In this document: piece after piece, positions 50,048 through 62,180 of the stretch | Layout of the letters: every line of letters begins with the position of its first letter | Position numbering within the stretch: the stretch's first letter is position 1 | DNA from: Lama glama | Lineage: Eukaryota | DNA: 64,000 nt | NCBI GenBank assembly: GCA_028534125.1 | Contig: CM052817.1 | Location: forward strand, 9,240,001-9,304,000 | Reading direction: 5' to 3' | Program-made: the position numbers and the translations under genes | The notes under the pieces: generated by a model | What the model was told of the DNA's origin: nothing | What the model saw: only the letters and a program-made list of their open reading frames with translations | Database searches by the model: none

Positions 50048-50722
50048 GTAAAATGATGATTTGGGCTTTAAAAAAAAAACCCTCAAAATTCATCAAATTG
50101 TACATCTGGAATATATGCAGTTTACTGTACAGGAACCATACCACAATAAAGCTGTTAAAAAATGTCTCATAAATATTTGGTGGCATATAATAAAAAAAAA
50201 CTGAAATACAATGTAAATAGGGAATGGAATTTTTACCTCTAGAGATTTTCAGTTAAAATGGATATCTATCTCTGTTTAAATACTCTGTCAGCTGTTGAAA
50301 GGTAGAGATAATTGAACAAATAACTTTTTTGAAGTTTGTCTCTTTACTTTGTCTTATAATACATATTGTTACTGTGAGCAATTTTTGCAAATAATGTTTT
50401 CATACACTAGTTCCTAACTCACTCATATTTTTAAATATAGAACATATTTGAATGCATTAAACCTTTTGTACATTTATATAAAACTTTTTGTATGATCATA
50501 ACACCCATGCATGTACACACACACAATGAATTAAAGGTAATCAACCATGAAACTTTACCTACAATGCATGACAATTGAAAATTCAATTTATTTAAGGATA
50601 AACATGCTCTTAGAAATGGGTAAGAAAGAGGCTATTAAACCTATTAAAGGGAGTAATGGAAACAGAACATGAACAGGAAATTCAGGTTATAGAAAGACTA
50701 ATAAACATGTGTAAATGAGGTT

Positions 50723-50830
50723 GAGGAGGCTATAGCTCAGGGTAGAGTGCATGTTTAGCATGCAGGAGGTCCTGGGTTCAATCCCCAGTACCTCCATTAA
50801 AAAGAAAAAAAGATAAAGAAAGAAAAGTAA
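50723..50830 (+). mobile_element. tRNA-derived SINE (camelid Vic-1-like)
   Basis: TATAGCTCAGGGTAGAGTGCATGTTTAGCATGCAGGAGGTCCTGGGTTCAATCCCCAGTACCTCC followed by an A-rich tail; A-box and B-box present. Confidence 0.85.
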
Positions 50831-51465
50831 AAATTACCATGTGTAATAATAACAAAAGAAAATAATTCAAGATAAAGATTGAAAATACTGAAACTTTATA
50901 ATATTTGTGAGTTTGTAGGAAGTCTGCCACTCTTATTTACACAGTACTAATAAAGAATATATTGCTACATTTTGGGAAATTTTCCAGTTATGACTCAAAT
51001 AATCATGAACTTACTCTATGTATTAATCAGTATAATAAGGTTTCCATGTGATGAAATAACCTAGAACATGTTATTGAATTTGACCTGGTGAAACTACCTG
51101 GCATGAACCAGACCCTAGTACATTTTAGGAGCGTTACAGCAGAGCTTTTTCCTTAGAAGATTTTACTTTGTCAGGCAGTAATGGGTATCTTTATTTAACT
51201 TGATATAATGCTGACATGTTTTTCAAGCCAGTTGTATTTATGATTTGGTAGACTATAAATCCATTAATATCCATGCAATATTATATAAAATTTTAGAAGT
51301 CACATAAATTGATTATTATAATCAATGTGCAACTTAACAGCTATTTTGACTAAAATAGCTATTAAGTTTTATGTATCATTTTCATAGGGTTATTAGACAT
51401 GTTTCCAGCATTTATATTCTAGTTTTTCTTAGGATATTTGGTACTTTTAAATACTTAATCTTTAG

Positions 51466-51556
51466 TACACCAGAAACTGACACACACAACATGGTAAACA
51501 GATTATACTTCAATAAAAAATATGTATACAAAAATAATAATAATAATAAATAAAAA
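51466..51556 (+). mobile_element. Very short L1 3'-end insertion
   Basis: TACACCAGAAACTGACAC...ACAACATGGTAAACAGATTATACTTCAATAAAAAA followed by an (AAT)n tail; similar to the element at 10859. Confidence 0.65.
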
Positions 51557-51638
51557 ATCCTTATAGTAACATAAAATTTAGGGTTTTTAGTATGAATCAT
51601 TAAAACTCATTCTGATGCAGATTTTTTACTTTCTTAAG

Positions 51639-51728
51639 ATGAAATAACTGCTAGCTTCAGAAGATTCGGGCCTTTGGTAGTCGACTGGCCTCATAAAGCA
51701 GAAAGCAAGTCCTATTTTCCACCAAAAG
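51639..51728 (+). CDS. CPEB2: CPEB2 coding exon 8 (90 nt, DEITASFRRFGPLVVDWPHKAESKSYFPPK; RRM1)
   Basis: ttcttaag|AT GAA ATA; donor AAA G|gtaaga; phase 1-1. Confidence 0.98.
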
Positions 51729-53039
51729 GTAAGAGAATTTATTGTTAATATTTGCTAGGGAATAAGTTATATGAGAGCAAAAAAAAACTGTCAATTACTT
51801 TGTGTTTTCTTTTCTTTTAGAACTAAATGTGAGTACATCTTCATATAAAAACTAATAAAGTAAATTGTAGAGGTTAGTAGCATGTACCAAGGGCGGCGGG
51901 AGGGTCTGAGAATGATTCCAGTGTCACTTGAAGACAGTCAGGAATCATGAGAGACTTGCTATGCTTTCTCTATAGTGATTTGATAATGATTTCAAAAACT
52001 CTTATCAACAAATGTTTGAGTATTTTCTCTGTCTGAAGTACCATTCTAAGTAACTTGGGTACAGACATGCAAAAAAAGTCTCTGCTCGGTGAAATTAAGA
52101 CATGTGTGATGTGAGATTAAAATATAACCCTATGAATAATTTAAATATTGCGATGTGTACATAAGTGTTCCAGACAACAGCAGACAAGGACAGAGCAGCA
52201 TACACTCTGCTGGCGATTTTAGATAGAGGAGAAAGTGAACGGTGGGAAAACCAAATTACACGAAGAGACATGATGTGAAGAGAACATCTGGTTGTGTCAG
52301 TTACGTAGAACTAGGGTACTGCTGTGACCAGGCCCCAGAGGACAAAAGTCACAAACTGAGCTAACATTCCTTTGAGCAAAGCAAGGCCGCCGTTGGTGGG
52401 AGAGGAGGAGTCCCCTGCCCACTGCGAGCAGGGGAGGCAAGGGGAGAGACTGGAACGTGAATCCAGTCAGTCAGGTTGCCAATTGCAGATTCTCTGAAGT
52501 GAACAAAAAAGAAAGGGGGAGGTTGAAAAACTAAGACTTTACTTTGAATATCATTGAAATACAATTGTAGAAACAAAAAACGCTATTATTCTCATGGCTA
52601 AGTGGATTTTCAAGCCTGGAAAAAAAAAGACTCCATAGATCTATTAAATAATCTAATTTTGTCTCTGGGAAAGGAAACATGTTAGAATTACTGGCATACA
52701 AAAACTAGCTAAGGGTTTTTGGTCAGTGAGAATTATAGAACTTCCATTACTAGTTCATGTCGTTTTTTAGAGAAGTGGAATAATGCAGTGATTTTTTTTT
52801 TATACCTTTACATCTTACACTTAGAGAATCATGAACATTTTTTAAGCAGAGAACAGATTCTGGATCCCAGGGCTCTATGAGAATTTAGTTAACTCTATGG
52901 ATCTCTTTCCAGATACTCCAAATTTTCATATGATTTTGGAGTTTACTAGACTCGGAGGTCCTCAGTCCTTGCTTTAGAGAGAAAATTAGCTCCATATTGA
53001 TGCAGATGTTCATTTGTTAGCTTAGTTTTAATTTGTTGT

Positions 53040-53760
53040 TCACAATGTTATGATCTTGTTTTTTTTTACTGAGTGTTCGATAAAAATGCCTGTTGGTTTC
53101 TAATATTCCTGCCTAAATTACCACCATTCCTTGTCTGGACTATTTCAGGCATACGACTCGTCTCTCCACATCTCTGACTGTCTCCTTTTCCTCCCACAGT
53201 ATAGCTAGAGTAACCTCTATGAAAACTCATCTGATGGTGCTAACCCTTGCTCGCTGCTTAAAACCCATCAGTAGTTTCTCTTATTGTTAGGATAAAGCCA
53301 AAAATGCATTCGCCCTCCCCACCTTCCCCATTCTGTTTCATCTCCCACTATTGCTTCTTGTTCCTTTCTGATTCTGCAAACTGGCCTTGCTTTCTCTTGC
53401 CTCAGGGCATTTATGTTTGGTGTTCTCTTGGCATGAAGGCTCTTCCTTGTCTCCTCATCTATGTATCCCCTACTTATATCAGCTTAAATATCAGTTGCTG
53501 GTAGGGTACTTTCAGGACCCACCTAATGAGGTCATATCCTCTTATTGTAGGCCCTCCTAGCACTGTCCCTTTTCATAGCACTCGTCACAGTTGCAATATT
53601 ACATTTTTACAATTTTACAAATATGTGATTATTTTATTAATATCAGATTCTTCTAATAGTCTTTCAAACTGTGTCTTTACTCATCTTTATATTCTCAGTA
53701 ATTCATGGATTTATAGTTGCCTCATAAAGAAGATAAACAACTATAAATAACTATAAACAC
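53040..53760 (+). mobile_element. L2 LINE relic
   Basis: 'ccaccattccttgtctggacta...ctgcttaaaaccc...ggataaagccaaaa...ctcagggcattt' typical of the L2 3' region. Confidence 0.6.
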
Positions 53761-55385
53761 GACAGGATAGTATATCCTTTGACCTGAAGTAGGTGGAGGA
53801 AAGTTTCACTGAGAAGTTTTGAACTAAGTCTAAAAGATACTGGGTAATTTAGATAGATAAAAAGTTTTCCAACAGAGTTCCAGGCAGGTATTGAAATATA
53901 ATTTTAGAAAGGAATTAAAATTAGTTTCTGTTGAGACAGGTACCCATTTTCTGCCTGGGCTTCTTATTTGCATAAAGGGCTGCCCTAAACCTAGAAGGAT
54001 GGGTTGGCACAAATTAATGAAACAGAACACTTGCTGTCTTTGTTGCTGTTGCTGCCCTTGTTGTTACTGGGGTTTTGTGGTGGCGGTTAATTTATTTTCT
54101 CAAACTGAAAATAAGAAAAAAAACCCACAAAAATTAGCACTGGCAAATTATAGTTTTTTTAGTACAATTATAGTTAATTGTAGCTATTGCCAAAGACCAG
54201 TGTTCCTAAACCTTGTGCTTTCAAGCATTTTTGCCTTTGCTGTAATTTATCATTTCTCATGCTTTGGAAAACACTGGTGTAGAAGCATCTAGTTGATGAA
54301 GCTACCTTGTAATTAAGGCAGTGACTTCAGCCGTTGGATACTGAGCCACACTTCCATGTATCCGTCCTTTGCAGTGAGTAAGTTTCACCCTGTGTGAGTA
54401 TCAGCTTGCTCTAATAAGATCCAAAGAACTATTAGATGGTATTTTTGGTAAGAGCATGGTAATATTTAATGGCTTGCCTTAGCTAGATCGTAATTTACCT
54501 GCCATATTGCTAAATTTTTGTGATAAAAACATTTCTTCCCTGATAATCACAAAAATAATTAAGCAATATTAAAATATTAATATCAAAAATTAGCATCATA
54601 AAACAACATTTAAAATACTGAATTTAAAATACTATTTTAGTAAATCGGTCTTATATCTCCTCAATCATTATAAAAGTTATAACACTGAAAACCTTAGCTT
54701 GTATCAAAATTAAAGCCTTCACATTAAGAAAACTTTTTTTTTATTTTTTCAAGTCTATTTAAATTGTTTCTAGCTATTAAAAAGATGTGTTTTTTATTCT
54801 TGCATAATCATACCTTTGGAAGTTTCTGTTTGTGTAGGTTGGTTTGATGACTTACTTATGCAACCAAGTATTGTAATTTTATTAAAATGAAGTAGTTTTT
54901 GTGTCACATAAGATCTTTGTGGCAGTAAAAGCCATTGTTGGCAATAAGCTGTGTTTTTTGAGCTGGATGTAAAACATGACCTCACACTTCCCATTGTTAA
55001 TGGAACAGACGTGGTTGGTCTGCTTGATGACATCTTCATACTGGAACTAGAATACACTGCTCTAGGTTTGTTTGCATAGAAATCTTGTCAAGGAAAGGTA
55101 TATTTTTACGTCAGTTACAATTAATCACATAATAGTAAACTTGCAGTGTAAATTTTGATGCCTTCTTTTTATAATAAAATCTATTCTACCTGCTGGGTAC
55201 ATGATGTTTGATTAAAGATTGACAATTGGTTGTCACAAGGAAGGGAGGAAGGGCATATTTCCCAAAGGTACAGGAATCTAAGCAAGAACTTGGTTCCAAA
55301 GTCCAAACATTGTCTCTAGACTGTTGGAAAAAACAAATGTTCTGCTGCTCATCCACCCTGAGACTTGATCTAAAAGTTCTGACCA

Positions 55386-55531
55386 GGAGGGAAGGTATAG
55401 CTCAAGTGATAGAACACATGCTTAGTATGCACGAGCTCCTGGGTTCAATCCCCAGTACCTCCTCTAAAAATAAATAAATAAACCTAATTACCTACCCCTC
55501 CAATGAAAACAAAAACAATAAAATAAAATAG
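55386..55531 (+). mobile_element. tRNA-derived SINE (camelid Vic-1-like) with perfect TSD
   Basis: GGTATAGCTCAAGTGATAGAACACATGCTTAGTATGCACGAGCTCCTGGGTTCAATCCCCAGTACCTCC...AAACCTAATTACC; 12-bp TSD AAGTTCTGACCA at 55374-55385 and 55532-55543. Confidence 0.9.
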
Positions 55532-55779
55532 AAGTTCTGACCATCCTGAAGAAACCTGTTTTAATCTCACCTCCCTAAGGTAGTTTTCTTAGCATCCTAT
55601 GGAAGTTGTCAGGTTGATTGTAGAATTTTCCCTCTGCTTATGGAAATTCCTGGATCTTTCCACTGTCCAGAAGTATGCTCTAGAACTTGTCTTACCCTGA
55701 GGGCATTTTTGGGAAACTCTAGCTTCTACTGTGCTCACTCAACTGGTTAATCCTACTAAATTCTTTAAGAAAACAGCAT

Positions 55780-56010
55780 CATGGGAGACCTTGGGGCTAA
55801 TCTAGGTTTGAAATTAATCAGTCAGTTACTTGCTTATGTGACTGACTTTAGGTAAGTAATTTTACCTTCTTGATACCCCAGTTTTTGTTGTTGTTGTTTC
55901 TATAAATAGGAAATAATGTTTCATTGAATTGTTGTGAGAATCAAAAGAAATAATTCATGTAAAGCTCTTAGGACAGTATTGGATAGTTAGTGCTCTATAT
56001 AAAGTAGCTA
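55780..56010 (+). mobile_element. MIR SINE
   Basis: 'ttacttgcttatgtgact...ggtaagtaattt...ttgttgtgagaatcaaa...catgtaaagctcttaggacagt'. Confidence 0.6.
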
Positions 56011-56181
56011 GTTAATTTACTGAATATGTTTTTGTGTGTATTCCGTAGGATATTGTGTTCTGCTGTAAAGCATATTTGATAGTTTTTTTTTTCTTTTTCA
56101 AAGGCATGTATTTTTTAAACAGTACTGAAATGTGAAATCACTTTCCTTGACATATTGCCTCATTTTTTATGGTTATTACAG

Positions 56182-56300
56182 GCTATGCATTCCTCCTCTT
56201 TCAAGAAGAGAGCTCAGTCCAGGCACTAATTGATGCTTGTATTGAAGAAGATGGAAAACTCTATCTGTGTGTTTCCAGCCCCACCATCAAGGACAAACCT
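56182..56300 (+). CDS. CPEB2: CPEB2 coding exon 9 (119 nt, GYAFLLFQEESSVQALIDAC...TIKDKP; RRM1 RNP1)
   Basis: ttattacag|GC TAT GCA; donor CCT|gtaagt. Confidence 0.98.
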
Positions 56301-56579
56301 GTAAGTAAATGCTGCTTGAACTTTAAGCAACAAATGCAAGTTTTCCAAAAACTTTTTTGAAATGATTGTTAGTGAAAAAATAAACAACCATGTTAAGAGT
56401 TCAGTTTTTTAAAATTCAGATAATTTATAGTATCTAGATAAAAATATTAACAATTTGTTTTAAAATCCATCTATCCAAAATTTTGAACAGCAACAAAGAA
56501 GAACCGCTGTTAGTTGGCACAAAACTCATCAGCTGTTAAGGGAGTAAGACCTGATACCATAATGTCATTTTCTTCATAG

Positions 56580-56694
56580 GTTCAGATCCGTCCTTGGAAT
56601 TTAAGTGACAGTGATTTTGTGATGGATGGTTCTCAGCCTTTGGATCCTCGAAAAACAATTTTTGTTGGAGGTGTTCCTAGGCCGTTAAGAGCTG
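56580..56694 (+). CDS. CPEB2: CPEB2 coding exon 10 (115 nt, VQIRPWNLSDSDFVMDGSQPLDPRKTIFVGGVPRPLRA; linker and RRM2 start)
   Basis: ttcttcatag|GTT CAG ATC; donor GCT G|gtaagt. Confidence 0.98.
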
Positions 56695-57329
56695 GTAAGT
56701 AGAATGATAACAAATTTTGTTTTAAAAAATTTAAATATGAATTGATTCAGTAAACATTTGGTACCTTTTGTGTACACTGCACTATGGGTGGGAGAAGGGC
56801 AGATTCTCCTGTTCCCAGTAGTCACTTGCTACAGAATTCTAAGACAGATTCCAAGAACTATTCTTGAGACCATCAAGGAATTGGAGGATTGACACTCATC
56901 AATCACTATCAATAACTAACTCCATGCAGAGTGTATAAAAAGAATCCACTCAAACACTTACAACTTAAGTGTAACTCTCTAAAATATGAGAATTTGGAGT
57001 CTGTTTATTTTATGTAGGTTGATTCTGATATCTGTAGAAGAAATATGAGCTTTTTTAATGGCACTTTAGATAAGTGAATGATAAACTTCTCTTCATCAGT
57101 AACTAGGAACAGAAATCTACCAGAAGATGTCATGTAGGAACAAAATTATAGACGTAAATGCCCACTATACAAGCAAGTTTTATGATACTGTGTACCCTTG
57201 TAAAGTGTGTTAGTGCCTTCCGTCACTGAGAATACCTCTTCCAGTATGGGAGATACATGTTAAAGAACTATTCACACATGTACATACAGAACAAGTATAG
57301 AGAAAGACTACAGGGATCAGAAGAACATT

Positions 57330-58790
57330 TGACAGGGCAATGTGCCATCATCTGGTATTTTAAAGATATTTGTATGAGCTGACATAGTGATTGAACAGAA
57401 GGGGTAGGGTTGGGTGGTGGGAGGGTTGTGAAGAATGTGTTTCAGACAAAGGGAACAGCATATTGAAAGATCTTCAGTGGAGGGAAGTAGAGTGCACTGG
57501 AGGGACTGAGGGAAGTCCAGCCTCGCTGCCTAGGGTATGAAAAGTGAGAGGAGAGACACAAGAAGACATGGAAGAGGTAAACAGGAGTCAGATCCTATAA
57601 GTCTAACAGGCTAATTTGGTATTTATCCTCAGAGCACAGGGAAACCAATAAAGAGTTTTTAAGTAAAGGAGAGATGCGATCATACTTGCATCTTTGAAAG
57701 ACCAGTGTAGCTCATGACATTGCAGTGGGGAGCTGGGTTGAGAGTAGATATGTGTAGACCAGTTTAGGAGCTTAGGAGCCTATTGTCGCAGTCCAGGAGA
57801 CAGAGAGCAGGGGCTCGGATTAGCGGTGGTAGTGGTGAAGAGCTAAGTAAGCAGATGGCATAGATACCTAAGAGGTGCCTGCAAACCGAATCTCAGCGTT
57901 CAGTCTTAAGCCACCAGGTAGACAGTGGCACCATTACCCAGAAGATGAGAAACGCTGAAGAAGGAGCAGGTTGCAAGGAGGATTGTGGTCTTGGTTTTTC
58001 TTTTTTAACTTTACTGTGGTATAATTTCTATACAGTAAACTACATGTATTTCAGATGTACAATTTGATGCATTTTGATAGATATGTACACCTGTGAAACC
58101 ACCACCACAATCAAGATACCTAACAATTCCATCACCCCCCAAGAGGTGCAAATTTCAAACTCCCAGTTCGTCCCTTTCCACACTCTTTACCCCCTGGTAG
58201 CCATAAGTTTGTTTTCTATGTCTGTGGTCTTGTTTTTGGAAGCTAGTTTGTGCCACCATTCAGAGCTCCTAAGTAGAAATTTCAGTTAAGCCATTGGTAT
58301 CTGATATATCTTTAAGAGAATTACTCCTGCTGCTGTTTTGAAAATAAACTGAGTTGGTAGGAGCTGTACTGATTAGGGATCAGAAACAAAGAGATAAGGC
58401 TACTGCCATGACCTAGATGGAGAATTATGATACCTTGGAGCAGGATGTCAGTGATGGAAGCAAAGAGGCTGGATTCTAGACATGTCTTGAAAATCAAGTT
58501 CATAGGATTGCATGCGCAGTGGGGAAAAACTAAAATAGAAAGGATGAAGCCAAGGGTCTTGATTTGGCAACTTCATCTTTTCCATTACTGAGTCAGCTGG
58601 CACTCTCTGGAGCAGGTTTAATTCGATGGCTGAAGATCCGGAGTGCCATTCTGAACACAGTGATGCACAGTGTCTGTTAAATATCAACATGACTTGTCCA
58701 GTAGACAGCTGAGTTGTCCAGTTCTTCTGTAGTGAGAGCAGCTGGGCTGTCGTATACAAGAGAAAGGATTGGATTTAGAAAAGAGCACTA
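57330..58790 (-). mobile_element. L2 relic interrupted by an L1 3' fragment (~58000-58235)
   Basis: Purine-rich L2-like text ('cagacaaagggaacagcata', 'tttatcctcagagcacagggaaacca'). The insert 'tatacagtaaactacatgtatttcagatgtacaatttgatgcattttga...accaccaccacaatcaagatac' is an antisense L1 3' end. Confidence 0.6.
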
Positions 58791-58880
58791 TTCTACTGAC
58801 TTTCACTTAAAAAAAATACTTAAATATTGTTGATTTACTGTGTTTCTCCCATTTAATGTGAGCTTCTTTTCCTTTTCAAG

Positions 58881-59062
58881 TGGAGCTTGCTATGATTATG
58901 GACCGGCTGTATGGTGGTGTTTGTTATGCAGGAATTGACACAGATCCTGAGCTAAAATACCCAAAAGGTGCTGGTCGAGTTGCTTTCTCCAATCAGCAGA
59001 GCTATATTGCTGCCATTAGTGCTCGGTTCGTTCAGCTTCAGCACGGTGATATTGATAAACGA
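58881..59062 (+). CDS. CPEB2: CPEB2 coding exon 11 (182 nt, VELAMIMDRLYGGVCYAGIDTD...QHGDIDKR; RRM2)
   Basis: ccttttcaag|TG GAG CTT; donor CGA|gtaagt. Confidence 0.98.
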
Positions 59063-59329
59063 GTAAGTTGCATTTTGGGCAATCACTTAAGTCCTATAAC
59101 AAGGTGCTGATCCAAAGCTTACTACCCTACAGAGTTAATAATATAATTCTAACACTGAGTATTTATTTTTTTATTCTCCTTTAGCTCTTAAAGAGTATAA
59201 TATCCCTGAAATGTAAAATTCTTGACCGGACTTTAAACTTAGGTATTGTATACAAAAGATGAATGTCATTTAAAGGCATTTCAAAAATGTGTGTCAGTCA
59301 GTAAAGTCTTGATATCCTTCTAAGTGTGG

Positions 59330-59580
59330 AGGCTGAGCTTGTTTTAAGAGCTTGTACTCTGGAGCCAGACTACCTGGGATCCCATTTCCACCATTTGCTC
59401 TGTAACCTTGGGCAAATTAACCCTCTTTATGACTCTTTTTCCTCACTTATAAAAGGGAAAACATTAATAGTGTCTCTCTCCTGGTTATTCTGAGGAATAA
59501 GCAAATTGACATATGTAGAAGCACTTAGAACAGAGCTTGGCACTAAGTGTTATTTAAGTGTTCATTTATTATTTTTTATT
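59330..59580 (+). mobile_element. MIR SINE
   Basis: 'actctggagccagactacctggg...tgtaaccttgggcaaatta...gcacttagaacagagcttggcac'. Confidence 0.75.
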
Positions 59581-60360
59581 CATCATAAAATCTAAAATAG
59601 AAATATATTGTGTATATTTTCCTAAATAAAAGCAATAACAAATATGTAAATAAACAAAATATACACATAAACTAAAGCACATGATGATTATCCTGAACTT
59701 TAAAACATTTACTCTTTAGTAGCATCGCTTAGGTCATCACAATAAGAACTTTTAGGAAGTCCTGTGGATGAACTGAACGCTACCCCACTGAGTAATTTCT
59801 AATACTGATTACCATCTAAAATAGGAAAAAGAAGTGAGCAAAACTCAATTGTTTCCTTAAATCTACTTCATACTACAATCTGTGACTAGTTCCTGTACAT
59901 AGCTAAGCAGTATTTTAAAATAATCATGTTTACATTTATAGTACACATGAGATATACTAAAAATATGAGGTAAATTAACTTTTTTATATCCAAAATTGTA
60001 GATAGAACTTGAGTGGGTTTTTATTTTCCCAGTATAACAGTTTTTTGAAGCTTCTTCCCTGAGGCTGTTTGCACATTAAAAGACTATTTTAGGGTCAGGG
60101 GAGCTGGGACTGATTGACTAGACCCTGGACTCTAGAAGTAGTCATCAGTTCAATTACCAAACCATACCATTTAGAACATTTAGAAAAGACAGCTTAAGTT
60201 CAGTTCACGTATGCAAAGTGGCATTTTTGTCTGTATTGTTCTTAAAATGTTGCCCCCAAAAAAAGAAAGGAAAAAAGTATCTAAGAAAAAGGGCTCTGCT
60301 TTTATTCAGATACGCCTCGAAAATTCATTATCTGATTTGAACCTTATAACCCCTCTCACC

Positions 60361-60531
60361 CAGTGGTTTTCAGCCTCCGCTGCACATCACAGTCAGCTGG
60401 GAGCTTAGGAGAGCCTTGACGTCTGGGTCCAACCCCTGAGGCTCCGCTGTCATTGGTGGGTGCCGCTGGGGCAGCGGTGTCTGTAAAGCTCCCTGGGTGA
60501 TTCTAATGTCCAGCCGTGCTTTAGGCCACTG
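60361..60531. mobile_element. MER5A1-like hAT-Charlie DNA transposon
   Basis: CAGTGGTTTTCA...CCACTG termini; 'aaagctccctgggtgattctaatgt' core. Confidence 0.75.
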
Positions 60532-62041
60532 ATCAGGTCTAACCTCCTACTTGTGCAGAGAGGTGACAGGGTCATGAAGGACGTTATTTCCATAGTTATA
60601 TAATTGCAGCTGTTTAATATGCAGAAGCAGAGGGGAAAAGATTGTTAAGTGTCATACCTTATACCTCTTGGTTTCCAAAATGATAGTGAAGGACCAGTTA
60701 TGTGGGGCAGAGATTGATTCTTAAAGAGAAACTCCAATGCCAAGCAAGTGAATTGATAAACACATGCTTTCTTAAAAAGTCATTAACTACCTGAGAAAAA
60801 AAATTTTTTTCAAGATATGTGCTATTAAAGTATGTTTTGAACTTTATTTGAAAGAATTTGAAACTTAAATATTTTACAGGTCATTAGTTTTGCTTATACA
60901 AAAAAAATTAAACCGTTCATCTTTATACCTTTCATCTCTCTAATATGAACAGTTAATAAACCATAAAAACAGATTAAATTTATAACTGATAATCTAAAGA
61001 TATACAGGATACTTATTTGGAGGGAATTGTTTAATCAACTCACTTTTTGGGCTCATGAACACTTGAAAGTGTAGCTGTAAATTGAGATTTACCACAAATC
61101 TCCCTGATAGCTGTAAATTGAGATTTACCACAAATGTGTAAATCATTTTAAGATTTGTATGTTATTCCATGAGTAGTATCATTCACTGTGACTGCATAGT
61201 TACTGCAGTGAACTGTGTTATACTTCAAGTTGGCTAATTATTAATTATTTTATTAGTTATTAATCCAGGTGACAAAGTATCACAGATAGATCCTCTGAAG
61301 TGAAGAAGGGAAACACATCATAATAGAAAATACAAACAGTGAAGAATCAGTGAAACTCTCACACACTCAAGAGTTGTGAGAGATTATTATTAATCACAAA
61401 ATAGATTTTGATTATATTATACAACCATAAATTTGAAATTAATTTTTCATCCTTGAAGTTATTATTTTGAGTTAAGTAGATTAGCTTTATAAAATAGTAT
61501 CTATAATTTTAAAAATAATTGAAATCATTGCATTTGTAAAATTTATTTAACAATTGTACATTTAAGTCACTCCTGAGCATGTGGCATTTCATGAGGTGTT
61601 ATGGAAATGAAGTAAACAGCACAGACACTGTCTTCAGTTTTGCTTAAAATCTTATGATAAAGGCAAGAAATAACCATGAGAGAGAAACCCAGAAAGGATG
61701 TGTAAATGTACATTTATGCAAACATTTTTATTATAGAGTTTCTACTTTATGCTAGATGTGCTGCCAAGTAGTTGGTACTGAGTGTTGAGCAAATAGACGA
61801 GGTCCTTGTTCCCCTGGAGTTTATCATCTAGTGAAGTGAAACCCAGTCATTCTCATGTGCCTTGATCTATTATTTGATTATGGCATTGCTCTTCCTTAAT
61901 TGTAGTTGTAGTGAAGGTAACGAATCAAAAAGGCAGCCTGCTAATCAGGATAGAATCCATAAAGGAAAAAGTTGAGAGAGAAAGATTGAGCGTACAAATT
62001 TTAGAATTTGTGTCAAAGATCATAGTAAAAATCAAAAGCCA

Positions 62042-62180
62042 GGGGGAGAGTATGCTCAGTGGTAGAGTGCATGCTTAGGATGCTCCAGGTCTTAGGTTCA
62101 ATCCCCAGTACCTCCATTAAAAAATAAATTAAAAAAAAATACTTAATTACCCCCCCAAAAGCTTAACAAACAAAATTTTA
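62042..62180 (+). mobile_element. tRNA-derived SINE (camelid Vic-1-like)
   Basis: GGGGGAGAGTATGCTCAGTGGTAGAGTGCATGCTTAGGATGCTCCAGGTCTTAGGTTCAATCCCCAGTACCTCC followed by an A-rich tail and TAATTACCCCCC. Confidence 0.85.

Noticed and set aside
61072..61135. CRISPR-like repeat-spacer-repeat
   Set aside because: Only two copies with an 8-nt spacer in mammalian intron DNA, with no cas genes.
50723..62180. tRNA genes
   Set aside because: The tRNA-like heads have A-rich tails, TSDs and divergence among copies, so they are SINEs.
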